From Patescibacteria group bacterium (GTDB lineage: Bacteria; Patescibacteriota; Minisyncoccia; Phycocordibacterales; Phycocordibacteraceae), in contig JAGWWI010000003.1 of assembly GCA_018970465.1 (NCBI GenBank), positions 1 to 63,555 on the forward strand: a DNA stretch of 63,555 bases, in the 5' to 3' direction. The notes under the pieces were generated by a model. It saw nothing but the letters and a program-made list of their open reading frames with translations. It was not told the DNA's origin and did not search any database. A program made the position numbers and the translations under genes. Every line of letters starts with the position of its first letter. Position 1 is the first letter of the stretch. Of the stretch, positions 37,065 to 44,994 are shown piece by piece.

Positions 37065-37108
37065 TATAATCCAGTCTAGTGGGATGAAGTGGTAAACGGG
37101 AATGGTGG
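37065..37108 (+). promoter_or_regulatory. Putative dcw promoter (-10 TATAAT) with GTGG(G/T) direct repeats (MraZ-operator-like)
   Basis: TATAAT at 37065..37070. GTGGG at 37079 and GTGGT at 37089 are 10 bp apart. More GTGG boxes lie at 37027, 37056 and 37105. Confidence 0.4.
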
Positions 37109-37137
37109 CCTGGTTACCGGTTCATCTCACTTTGCCC

Positions 37138-37554
37138 ATGTTTCTCGGAGAATACCTGCATACCTTCGACGCGAAGAATCGAATCTCGCTCCCGGCGAAA
37201 TTCCGCAAGGCGCTCGGCCGCGCCGTGATCGTTACGCGCGGCCTCGACCACTGCCTCTACGTCTACGCCAAGAAGGCGTGGGAGAAGGAGGCGGCGCGCT
37301 ACGCGGCGCAGGTGAACGGGAACGCCGCGGAGCGCGGCCTCGCGCGCCTCTTCCTCGCGGGCTCCTTCGAGTGCGAGGTCGATCCGGCCGGCCGCGTCTT
37401 GGTCCCGGAGAATCTGAAGGCGTATGCCGGCCTCGCCGGGAAGGCCGTCGTCGCCGGCGTCGCCGACCGGGTCGAAGTGTGGGAGGAGGGCGCCTGGCGG
37501 CGCTACAGCGAGCAGCTCGAGCGGGAGGCGGACGCCTTGGCGGAGAAGGTATGA
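37138..37554 (+). CDS. mraZ: Transcriptional regulator MraZ
   Basis: MFLGEY.HTFDAKNRISLPAKFR.. and a second SpoVT/AbrB-like half ..DPAGRVLVPENL.. Confidence 0.9.
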   Translation: MFLGEYLHTFDAKNRISLPAKFRKALGRAVIVTRGLDHCLYVYAKKAWEKEAARYAAQVNGNAAERGLARLFLAGSFECEVDPAGRVLVPENLKAYAGLAGKAVVAGVADRVEVWEEGAWRRYSEQLEREADALAEKV

Positions 37555-38525
37555 CGGAGTCTTTGCACGAGCCGGTCTTGCTCGAAGAGGCGCTTGCGGC
37601 CTTGGCTATCCGGCCGGGCGACACGGTCCTCGACGCGACCTTGGGCGGTGCGGGGCACTTCTCGCGGATCCTCGCGGCGCTTGGCACGAGCGTGGACGGG
37701 GAGCGCGGCGTCGTGATCGGGATCGACGCCGACCCGGCCGCGGTCGAGCGCGCTCGCGAGGCGTACGCGCTCGACCGCCGGCCCGAGCGGCCGGCGGCGC
37801 ACCTCGTGAACGACAACTTCCGCAACCTCGCGCGCGTCCTCGACCGGCTCGGCGTCGGCCGCGTCGACGCGGCGCTCTTCGACCTCGGCTGGAGCGGCTA
37901 CCAGCTCGCGGCGTTGAAGGGCTTCTCCTTCTCCCGCGCCGACGAGCCCTTGCTCATGACCTACGGCGAGGGGGAGGGGGGCGAGACGGCGGCGGGGATC
38001 GTGAACTCCGCGAGCGCCGAGGAGCTCACGCGGATCCTGCGGGAGTATGGCGAAGAGCGCTTCGCCCGCGAGATCGCTCGCGAGATCGTGCGCACGCGCG
38101 AGAAGGCGCGCATCCTCACCGTGGGCGACCTGGTGGGAGCCGTCGAGCGCGCGACGCCCGCCTGGTATCGGCGTCAGCGCACGCACGCGGCGACCAAGAC
38201 CTTCCAGGCGCTCCGGATGGCGGCGAACGACGAGCTCGGCGCGCTCGCGGAGGGCCTCGCAGCCGCCTTGGCCGCGCTCGCGCCGGGCGGCCGGCTCGCG
38301 GTCATCACCTTCCACTCGATCGAGGATCGCGCCGTGAAGCGCTTCTTGCGCGAGGCCGAGGCGGCCGGCGCGGGCGAGAGCGCCTCCAAGAAGCCGGTTG
38401 CTCCCACGCGCGCCGAAGTCGCGAAGAACCGCCGCGCGCGGAGCGCGAAGCTCCGCATCTTTATCAAACACTCATCAGTGAGCGCGATCGCCGCGGCGCC
38501 CGCCTCCGCATTCTCGTATGTCTGA
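37551..38525 (+). CDS. rsmH: 16S rRNA (cytosine1402-N4)-methyltransferase
   Basis: HEPVLLEE..DATLGGAGH..FDLGWSGYQL..FHSIEDR.. Confidence 0.93.
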   Translation: MTESLHEPVLLEEALAALAIRPGDTVLDATLGGAGHFSRILAALGTSVDGERGVVIGIDADPAAVERAREAYALDRRPERPAAHLVNDNFRNLARVLDRLGVGRVDAALFDLGWSGYQLAALKGFSFSRADEPLLMTYGEGEGGETAAGIVNSASAEELTRILREYGEERFAREIAREIVRTREKARILTVGDLVGAVERATPAWYRRQRTHAATKTFQALRMAANDELGALAEGLAAALAALAPGGRLAVITFHSIEDRAVKRFLREAEAAGAGESASKKPVAPTRAEVAKNRRARSAKLRIFIKHSSVSAIAAAPASAFSYV

Positions 38526-38913
38526 CTCCCGCACCATGCATTTCGATATGTCTATCCGCGCGGCCTCCCGCCCGAGCGCCGCCGCTGCGCGCGCGTTCCC
38601 CGCGCGTGCGCCTGCTCGCCCGCGCGCCAACGCGCTCGCGCTCCCGTTCTCGCCGGTCGCCTGTGCGCTCGCGCTCGTCGTGACGCTTGCGGTCGCCTAC
38701 GTCGCCTTGATCGCGACCGTGATGAGCTACGCGACGATGACCGTCGGCTTCTCTTCCTCGCTCCGGGACGACGAGGCCGCGATCGCCTCGCTTGAGTCGC
38801 AGTATCTCGACCGCATCGCGGCCGTGACCGCGACCGACTACGCGGCGGCGGGATACGGCGCGCCCGCCGAGGAGCTCTACGTCCCCAAGGCCTCCGAAAC
38901 GGCGCTCCGCTAG
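38518..38913 (+). CDS. Small bitopic membrane protein at the FtsL position
   Basis: Single TM (VACALALVVTLAVAYVALIATV). Lies between rsmH and the PBP gene. Confidence 0.4.
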   Translation: MSDSRTMHFDMSIRAASRPSAAAARAFPARAPARPRANALALPFSPVACALALVVTLAVAYVALIATVMSYATMTVGFSSSLRDDEAAIASLESQYLDRIAAVTATDYAAAGYGAPAEELYVPKASETALR

Positions 38914-38928
38914 CGGTACAATCCGGGA

Positions 38929-40695
38929 ATGCGCGCGCAATTCCGCTCCCGGCTCCGCATCATTCTCGCCGCCGTCCTCGTCATGGCGGCGCTCGTCGTC
39001 GTGCGGCTCTACTTCGTCCAGGTGGTCGACGGCGCCGCGTACGCCCTCAAGGCCGAGCATCAGTCGACCGGGGCGGGCGGGCTCTTCGACCGCGGGACGA
39101 TCTACTTCACCCGCAAAGACGGCACCCTGATCAGCGCCGCGACCCTCGCGACCGGCTACCTGGTCGCGGTGAACCCGCAGCTCGCGAAGGATCCCTCCGC
39201 CGCCTACGACGCGGTCGCGGCGGAGGCGACGACTTCGGTCGACAAGCCCACCTTCCTCGCGATCGCGGCGAAGCCGGGGCAGGTCTATATCGAGATCGCC
39301 CACCACCTCTCGGACGCGCAGGGCGCGGCGCTCCTCGCCGAGAAGGTCCCCGGCGTCGAGGTCTTGCGCGAGCGCTGGCGCTACTACCCGGGCGGCGACC
39401 TGGCCGCGCAATCGATCGGGTCCGTCTCCTACGGCGCGGGCGGCGACGCGCTTGCGGGGCAGACCGGGCTCGAGCGGCAGTACGACGATGCGCTCTCGCG
39501 CTCGGGCGATTCGCTCTACCAGAACTTCTTCGCCGAGCTCTTCTCCGGGGCGGGGAACCTCCTCGTCTCCGCGAAGAACGCGCGCGAAGGGAATGTCGTC
39601 ACCACGATCGAGCCCGAGGTCGAGACGCGCCTCGCGGGCGATCTTGCGAAGGTGAATCAGCGATATTCGAGCATCGAGTCGGGCGGGATCATCCTCGACC
39701 CCGCGACCGGCGCGATCATCGCGCTCGCCTCGTATCCGACCTTCGACCCGAACGACCTCTCGACGATCGACCCCGCGGTACTGCGGAATCCGCTCGTCGA
39801 GAACGCCTACGAATTCGGCTCGATCATGAAGCCCCTCACGATGGCGGCCGGGCTCGACGCGGGCGTCATCACCCCAGATTCGACCTACACCGATACCGGC
39901 TGCATCACCGTCAACACCGCGAAGATCTGCAACTACGACCTCCGGGCGCGCGGGACGACCTCGATGGTCGACGTGATTGAGCACTCCCTGAACCTCGGCG
40001 CATCCTGGATCGCCACCCGGCTCGGGCAGGACAAGTTCCGCCAGTACTTTACGCGCTACTTCGGTGCGAAGACGGGCGTCGACCTGCCGGCCGAGATCGG
40101 GGGCCTCATCGGCAATCTGCAGACGAGCGAGCAGGTCAACTTCGACAACATGTCCTTCGGGCAGGGGATCGCGGTGACGCCCGTCCAAATGATCCGCGCC
40201 CTGGCCGCGATCGCGAACAAGGGCGTGATGGAGCGCCCGCACCTCGCCTCCGGCATCGAGCTCGACACGGGCATCACGCGCGCGCTCGATTGGTCGGCGG
40301 GGCGGACGCCGGTCTTCTCCGCGACCGCCGCCGCAGACGTCTCGCAGATGCTCACCACCGTCTACCCGAACGACGCGCGTCTCGCGATGAACTCGGATCC
40401 GTCCTTGCAGTATGCGAACGTCCCCGTCGCCGCGAAGACGGGCACCGCGCAGGTCGAGAAGCCGGGCGGCGGCTACTATACGAACGTGTTCTTCCATTCC
40501 TTCTTCGGCTTCTTCCCGGCGGATAAGCCCCGCTTCGCGATCCTCCTCTACACCAACCGGCCGCAGGGCGTCGAGTATGCCTCCGGGACCCTGACGGGGA
40601 CCTTTATGGACCTCACCAATTTCCTGATAGACTATTATGGTATCCCGCCGGAGCCCGACCAGGTGCTCCCGCTGCCTAAAACGGTACCGGAATAA
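38929..40695 (+). CDS. ftsI: Penicillin-binding protein (FtsI/PBP3-like division transpeptidase)
   Basis: SxxK (GSIMKP), SxN (HSLN), KTGTA. dcw context. Confidence 0.85.
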   Translation: MRAQFRSRLRIILAAVLVMAALVVVRLYFVQVVDGAAYALKAEHQSTGAGGLFDRGTIYFTRKDGTLISAATLATGYLVAVNPQLAKDPSAAYDAVAAEATTSVDKPTFLAIAAKPGQVYIEIAHHLSDAQGAALLAEKVPGVEVLRERWRYYPGGDLAAQSIGSVSYGAGGDALAGQTGLERQYDDALSRSGDSLYQNFFAELFSGAGNLLVSAKNAREGNVVTTIEPEVETRLAGDLAKVNQRYSSIESGGIILDPATGAIIALASYPTFDPNDLSTIDPAVLRNPLVENAYEFGSIMKPLTMAAGLDAGVITPDSTYTDTGCITVNTAKICNYDLRARGTTSMVDVIEHSLNLGASWIATRLGQDKFRQYFTRYFGAKTGVDLPAEIGGLIGNLQTSEQVNFDNMSFGQGIAVTPVQMIRALAAIANKGVMERPHLASGIELDTGITRALDWSAGRTPVFSATAAADVSQMLTTVYPNDARLAMNSDPSLQYANVPVAAKTGTAQVEKPGGGYYTNVFFHSFFGFFPADKPRFAILLYTNRPQGVEYASGTLTGTFMDLTNFLIDYYGIPPEPDQVLPLPKTVPE

Positions 40696-40700
40696 TCCCG

Positions 40701-41990
40701 ATGAAACGTCTCGCACGAAGCGCCGCCGCACTCCTCCTCGCCGTCGCCGCCCGCGCGGTCGTGCGCCGCTACCGGCCGAAGGTCGTCATGGTGACCGGCT
40801 CGGTGGGGAAGACCGCGACCAAAGAAGCGGTTGCGGCAGCGCTCTCGGCTCGCTACCTCGTCCGCAAGAGCGAGAAGAGCTTCAACAGCGAATTCGGCGT
40901 GCCCTTCACGATCCTCGGGGTGGGGAATCCGTGGGACAACCCCGTCGCCTGGATCGTTCTCCTGCGTCGGGCGCTCGCGCTCCTCGTGCTGCCGAACCAC
41001 TACCCGAACCTGCTCGTGCTCGAAGTGGCGGCGGATCATCCCGGCGACCTCGCGAAGATTTTGCGGATCGCGACGCCCGACGCGGTCGTCGTGACGCGTC
41101 TCCCCGAGATCCCGGTGCATGTCGAGGCCTATGCCGGAGCGGCAGCCGTGCGCGAGGAGGAATTCTCGCCCGCCCTCGCGCTCCCCGCGGGCGCGCCGCT
41201 CATCGTCTCAGCCGACGACCCGTTCGCGCTCGAACTCGCGGCTGGCTCGGCGGCGCGGCTCTCGACCTTCGGCTACGCGGCAGAGGCGGGCGCGCGGATC
41301 GAGGACGCGGGCTTCTTGCTCGACGGAGAGGCGGTCGTCGGGATGCGCGGCCGGCTCGCGCTTGCCGGGGAGTCGGCGGAGGTGTGCGTGCGCGGAGCGG
41401 CAGGAGAGACGCAGCTCCTCCCGCTCGCCGCCGCCGCCGCCGCGGCGGCGGCTTTTGATATCTCGCTCGCAGACGCCGTCGAGGCGCTCGCGAGCTACGA
41501 GCCGCCCCCGGGGCGCTGCCGCCTCCTCGCCGGCGCGCGCGGCGCGGCGCTTATCGACGACACCTACAACTCCTCGCCCGCGGCGCTCGCGGAAGCCTTC
41601 GCGACTCTGGCGGCCTTCCCGCACGCGTCGCGCCGCGTCGCGGTCTTGGGCGACATGCTCGAGCTTGGCCGCTACTCGGTGATGGAGCACGAGCGCATGG
41701 GGGAGAAGGCGGCGGCGGTCGCCGACCTCCTCGTCACGGTCGGCATCCGCGCGAAGGGGCTCGCTGCCGCCGCGATCGCTGCTGGCATGCCGGAGTCGAA
41801 CGTGCGCTCCTTCGACGACGCGCACGCCGCGGCCGCGGCGCTCCCGGCGCTCATCGGGGCGGGCGACGTCGTGCTCCTCAAGGGGTCGCAGGGCATCCGG
41901 CTCGAGCGCGTCGCGCGCGCGCTCCTCGCCGACCCCGCCGACCGCGGCAAGCTCGCGCGGCAGGAGCGCGCGTGGCAGCGGATCGCCTAG
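40701..41990 (+). CDS. murF: UDP-N-acetylmuramoyl-tripeptide--D-alanyl-D-alanine ligase
   Basis: ..VMVTGSVGKTATKE.. P-loop. Mur ligase middle and C-terminal domains (..DDTYNSSP..). dcw position. Confidence 0.88.
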   Translation: MKRLARSAAALLLAVAARAVVRRYRPKVVMVTGSVGKTATKEAVAAALSARYLVRKSEKSFNSEFGVPFTILGVGNPWDNPVAWIVLLRRALALLVLPNHYPNLLVLEVAADHPGDLAKILRIATPDAVVVTRLPEIPVHVEAYAGAAAVREEEFSPALALPAGAPLIVSADDPFALELAAGSAARLSTFGYAAEAGARIEDAGFLLDGEAVVGMRGRLALAGESAEVCVRGAAGETQLLPLAAAAAAAAAFDISLADAVEALASYEPPPGRCRLLAGARGAALIDDTYNSSPAALAEAFATLAAFPHASRRVAVLGDMLELGRYSVMEHERMGEKAAAVADLLVTVGIRAKGLAAAAIAAGMPESNVRSFDDAHAAAAALPALIGAGDVVLLKGSQGIRLERVARALLADPADRGKLARQERAWQRIA

Positions 41991-42007
41991 CGGCGGCGCC
42001 CCCTTTC

Positions 42008-42016
42008 TGGTATAAA
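42008..42016 (+). promoter_or_regulatory. Extended -10-like element (TGgTATAAA) 8 nt upstream of the tRNA 5' end
   Basis: tggtataaa at 42008..42016; the tRNA starts at 42025. Confidence 0.35.
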
Positions 42017-42024
42017 AATCGTAC

Positions 42025-42097
42025 GGCTCCATCGTCTAGTGGCCTAGGACATCGCCCTCTCACGGCGGGAACCGGGGTTCGAGTCCCCGTGGAGTCA
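42025..42097 (+). tRNA. tRNA-Glu (anticodon CUC)
   Basis: Manual cloverleaf: GGCTCCA-TC-GTCT-AGTGGCCTA-GGAC-A-TCGCC-CT[CTC]AC-GGCGG-GAAC-CGGGG-TTCGAGT-CCCCG-TGGAGTC-A. Same architecture as E. coli tRNA-Glu. No encoded CCA. Confidence 0.9.
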
Positions 42098-42199
42098 CAA
42101 TCTGTTCTGACCAACATCCGGGTTCATTTCAGGCGAATGCCATTCGACGCGAAGGCGCTCGGGTGATATATCGTTCTTGGAACAATAGGAGGTCCGTCC

Positions 42200-43063
42200 G
42201 TGAGTACTCTTGGACAGAGACGTAGTCTCATGCGTACAGTCGAAATCGAAGGCCCGAGCTTTTCGGGATCTGCGACGTGCCTTCGGCTTGAACCGCACGG
42301 CCGATCTGGTATCTATGCAACGCTGCCCGACGGCACGACGCGACCGCTCTCGGAAGCTCGCTTCGGCGTTAGTCGTTGGCGCTATACGACGCTTAGTTGG
42401 CAACTGGATAACGGCCGCTACGCGATGCTCCCCATAACCGAACATTTCCTCGGCATGGTGTATGCGCTCGGTCTCGACGCATTCGTTATTCATGCTGCGC
42501 CGTTCCGTTTGCCCCATGACGGGAGTGCTCGACGGTACTGGAATGGCGTGAAGCCGGCGCTAAAGGATAGCGGTGAAATGACGCTCTGGACCCCGATGCA
42601 CCCGATCTGCCTGTCTTGCGGCGATAAGGTACTCAGACTTGATCCTGACGACGGTAGCTACGAGTTCGCGTTCAACATCACCGTCTCATATCCAGATCTT
42701 GGTACCCATACCTTGGAGGGAATAGTAAGCGAGACGATGTGGGATGAATTGTTCACTGCCCGGTCGCTCTGGCGGAGCGGATTCCATCAGAATGTTGCAT
42801 CGATGCTCCGTGCGCTGCACCTCTGGCCCCACGGCAAGGAGATGTGCGTGCGGATGACGATGCGCGACAGCGTAGCTGTGCGGCAGGCGGCGCTTCGGGA
42901 ACTTTGCTACCACCGACTCGTCGACTTCTTCGGAGCGCTTATGACAGCCTGTCCGCAGGGCGGTCGATTCGTCGGCAAGCTGACCAGCGATCCCGGAATA
43001 GGGCATGCGGCGGATAACCTATTCCTCGAACGAGTGCGGCGCGCTATGTGGGCCGTTGCATAA
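42200..43063 (+). CDS. LpxC-like (UDP-3-O-acyl-GlcNAc deacetylase family) protein
   Basis: GTG start 7 nt after AGGAGG. Alignment by eye to E. coli LpxC: ..ITEHFLG.. (E78-H79), ..PHDGSA.. (MDGSA), ..CYHRLVDFFGA.. (HKxxD Zn ligands), ..GIGHAADN.. (H265). Confidence 0.6.
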   Translation: MSTLGQRRSLMRTVEIEGPSFSGSATCLRLEPHGRSGIYATLPDGTTRPLSEARFGVSRWRYTTLSWQLDNGRYAMLPITEHFLGMVYALGLDAFVIHAAPFRLPHDGSARRYWNGVKPALKDSGEMTLWTPMHPICLSCGDKVLRLDPDDGSYEFAFNITVSYPDLGTHTLEGIVSETMWDELFTARSLWRSGFHQNVASMLRALHLWPHGKEMCVRMTMRDSVAVRQAALRELCYHRLVDFFGALMTACPQGGRFVGKLTSDPGIGHAADNLFLERVRRAMWAVA

Positions 43064-43154
43064 CATAATAGGCTGCCTTTTGGAAGGCCGTTCACACTTC
43101 CTTGTAACGACCTTTCTTGCTGCCTTGACCATGCGACATCAGCGCAACGAACAC

Positions 43155-43176
43155 GGCGCCTCCCGAGGGAGGCGCC
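43155..43176. terminator. Hairpin between convergent genes
   Basis: ggcgcctccc ga gggaggcgcc. Confidence 0.5.
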
Positions 43177-43184
43177 GATAAGTT

Positions 43185-43376
43185 TCAGGGGAAGTAGTTT
43201 CCCAGATCGAGGATGCGCTCCGCTTTTTCGCGGCCGAGAGCGGCGAGCAGGTGCGCGAGGAACAGGTCCAAATGGCCGCTCGTTCTCAATCGCCCGATCG
43301 CTTTCGTCCACTCAGCAATCGTGGCGTCGTCGACACCGAGGCCGTACAGGTCTTCTTTCGAGACGAATGCGTTCAT
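43185..43376 (-). CDS. Small hypothetical protein
   Basis: ATG (MNAFVSKEDLYGLG..) preceded by GGGAGGAG. Confidence 0.45.
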   Translation of the reverse strand: MNAFVSKEDLYGLGVDDATIAEWTKAIGRLRTSGHLDLFLAHLLAALGREKAERILDLGNYFP

Positions 43377-43495
43377 GACGTCTCCTCCCATTTCCTGGGG
43401 GAGACTATACAATTCTTCAAAAGAGTTGCAAGTTTCCCAAAGGAGCGATTGCCGCGGCTATACCGCCCTGCCTCGCTGTTTGGTATCGTGCGCCT

Positions 43496-43696
43496 ATGGA
43501 ACGCGTCGGGAACACGGTCTACGAGAAGCGCCACGCGGCCGGCCTCACCCAGGAGGAGCTCGCGAAGGGCGCGCGGGTGAGCCGCCAGACGATCATCGCG
43601 ATCGAGAAGGGCAACTACGCCCCCTCGGTGGCGCTCGCGCTGCGGCTTGCTAGAGTATTGAAGACACGCGTCGAAGACCTCTTCACGATCGTATGA
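43496..43696 (+). CDS. XRE-family helix-turn-helix transcriptional regulator
   Basis: ..LTQEELAKGARVSRQTIIAIEKGNYAPSVALALRLA.. is a canonical Cro/C1 HTH. 66 aa. Confidence 0.85.
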   Translation: MERVGNTVYEKRHAAGLTQEELAKGARVSRQTIIAIEKGNYAPSVALALRLARVLKTRVEDLFTIV

Positions 43697-44052
43697 CCGC
43701 TCTCGCCGAATATCTCATCGCCCTCGCGCTCGTCGCTCTCCTCGGGCTCCTCGCGAACCCGTGGATGGTCTGGATGCCGACCCCGGCGCTCATGGCCGCG
43801 GTCCTCTTCGTCGCGATTCTTGTCGCGCTCTATGCCGGCTTCGTCTATCGCGAGCGCGCGGCCGACGAGCGCGATGCTCTCCACCGCGCGCTCGCCGGCC
43901 GCGCCGCATTCCTCACCGCGCTCGCGCTCCTCACCCTCGCCCTCATCTACCAGGGCGCGACGCACGCGATCGACCCCTTCATCCCCGCCACCCTCGCCGC
44001 GACCATCCTCGCCAAGCTCGTCGCAAGAGCGTGGGCGAGTCGTAGGAACTGA
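43693..44052 (+). CDS. Small multi-TM membrane protein coupled to the XRE regulator
   Basis: ATGA overlap with the regulator gene. 3-4 predicted TM helices. Confidence 0.55.
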   Translation: MTALAEYLIALALVALLGLLANPWMVWMPTPALMAAVLFVAILVALYAGFVYRERAADERDALHRALAGRAAFLTALALLTLALIYQGATHAIDPFIPATLAATILAKLVARAWASRRN

Positions 44053-44054
44053 AT

Positions 44055-44504
44055 ATGAAAGAATGCCCCTTTTGCACGCGAGCCGACATCAGAGAGCGCG
44101 CTATCGTCGAGAACGACCTTGCGTGGGCATTCCCCACGAACATCCCGATCACTCCCGGCCACACGCTCGTGGTGCCGAAGCGCTGCGTCGCCACGCTCGC
44201 GGAGCTCACGCCCGAAGAACGGCTCGCGATCCTTGATATGACGGTCGAGATACAGGAGGCGCTCAAGAGCGCGTTTGGTGCCGAGGGGTTCAATGTGGCG
44301 TGGAATCATGGGGGAATAGGCGGCCAGTCGGTGCCGCATTTCCACCTCCACATCGTGCCGCGCAGGGCGGGGGACGAGGGCATCACCGAGTACGAACCGC
44401 GCAAATTCCTCTACCGCCCCGGCAGCCGCGAAGAGTCTCCGCAGGCCGAGCTGGCTGCAGTTGCGAAGCTTGTCGCCAGTGGGCGGGGGAAGGGAATACA
44501 ATGA
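44055..44504 (+). CDS. HIT-family (histidine triad) nucleotide hydrolase/transferase
   Basis: ..QSVPHFHLHIVPR.. histidine triad. Confidence 0.9.
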   Translation: MKECPFCTRADIRERAIVENDLAWAFPTNIPITPGHTLVVPKRCVATLAELTPEERLAILDMTVEIQEALKSAFGAEGFNVAWNHGGIGGQSVPHFHLHIVPRRAGDEGITEYEPRKFLYRPGSREESPQAELAAVAKLVASGRGKGIQ

Positions 44505-44953
44505 AATTAGTGGTTAAGATAACCGCGTGGGCGATAAGTATTCCAACGTTTCTTTTTTGGTTTCTACAATTTATTTTTACGTTCTACTCCCTGGTAATCC
44601 ATCACGCTTTCGAGGAGGTTGTTCCTCTTACGTCCGCAAATATTTGGACGTTTAGAATTGTAGAAGCTAATATTTTCGTACTATTAATTTTACTTTGGCT
44701 CCACTTTTCATACAGACTGAATGCCACTTATAAAAAGATATTCACGTATCTCTTTGCCCTGGTTATATCCTTTGCCATTTTTATTTGTGAGATCGGCGTA
44801 AGTCTATATGTTGGAATTGGAGTTTTCACGTCGCCCGAGTTCGAACATTTCAATCCGATTCCAATTTTCATTGCTAATGGTTTAATTGCGTATAGTCTGC
44901 TTAGATATGCGAAGTTTCAATCCCGTAAGTTTCTTGGGGCCGAAGTTGTGTAA
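44501..44953 (+). CDS. A+T-rich integral membrane hypothetical protein
   Basis: ATG overlaps the HIT stop (ATGA). 150 aa, 4-5 hydrophobic helices. Composition differs strikingly from the flanks. Confidence 0.55.
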   Translation: MKLVVKITAWAISIPTFLFWFLQFIFTFYSLVIHHAFEEVVPLTSANIWTFRIVEANIFVLLILLWLHFSYRLNATYKKIFTYLFALVISFAIFICEIGVSLYVGIGVFTSPEFEHFNPIPIFIANGLIAYSLLRYAKFQSRKFLGAEVV

Positions 44954-44994
44954 AACCAGCTTTACATTCAAAAATACCGCACTAGGATAGGAGC

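Noticed and set aside
38464-40731. A 755-aa minus-strand ORF antisense to ftsL-like/ftsI.
   Set aside because: It lies opposite a PBP gene with SxxK/SxN/KTG motifs in proper dcw order. Its translation is a low-complexity R/G/E/D pattern.
42098-43480. A direct repeat of the tRNA-Glu 3' end (attL/attR) that would delimit an integrated element carrying the LpxC-like gene.
   Set aside because: I could find no second copy of the tRNA 3' segment (gagtccccgtggagtc) downstream, and there is no integrase gene. The island status rests on composition and context only.
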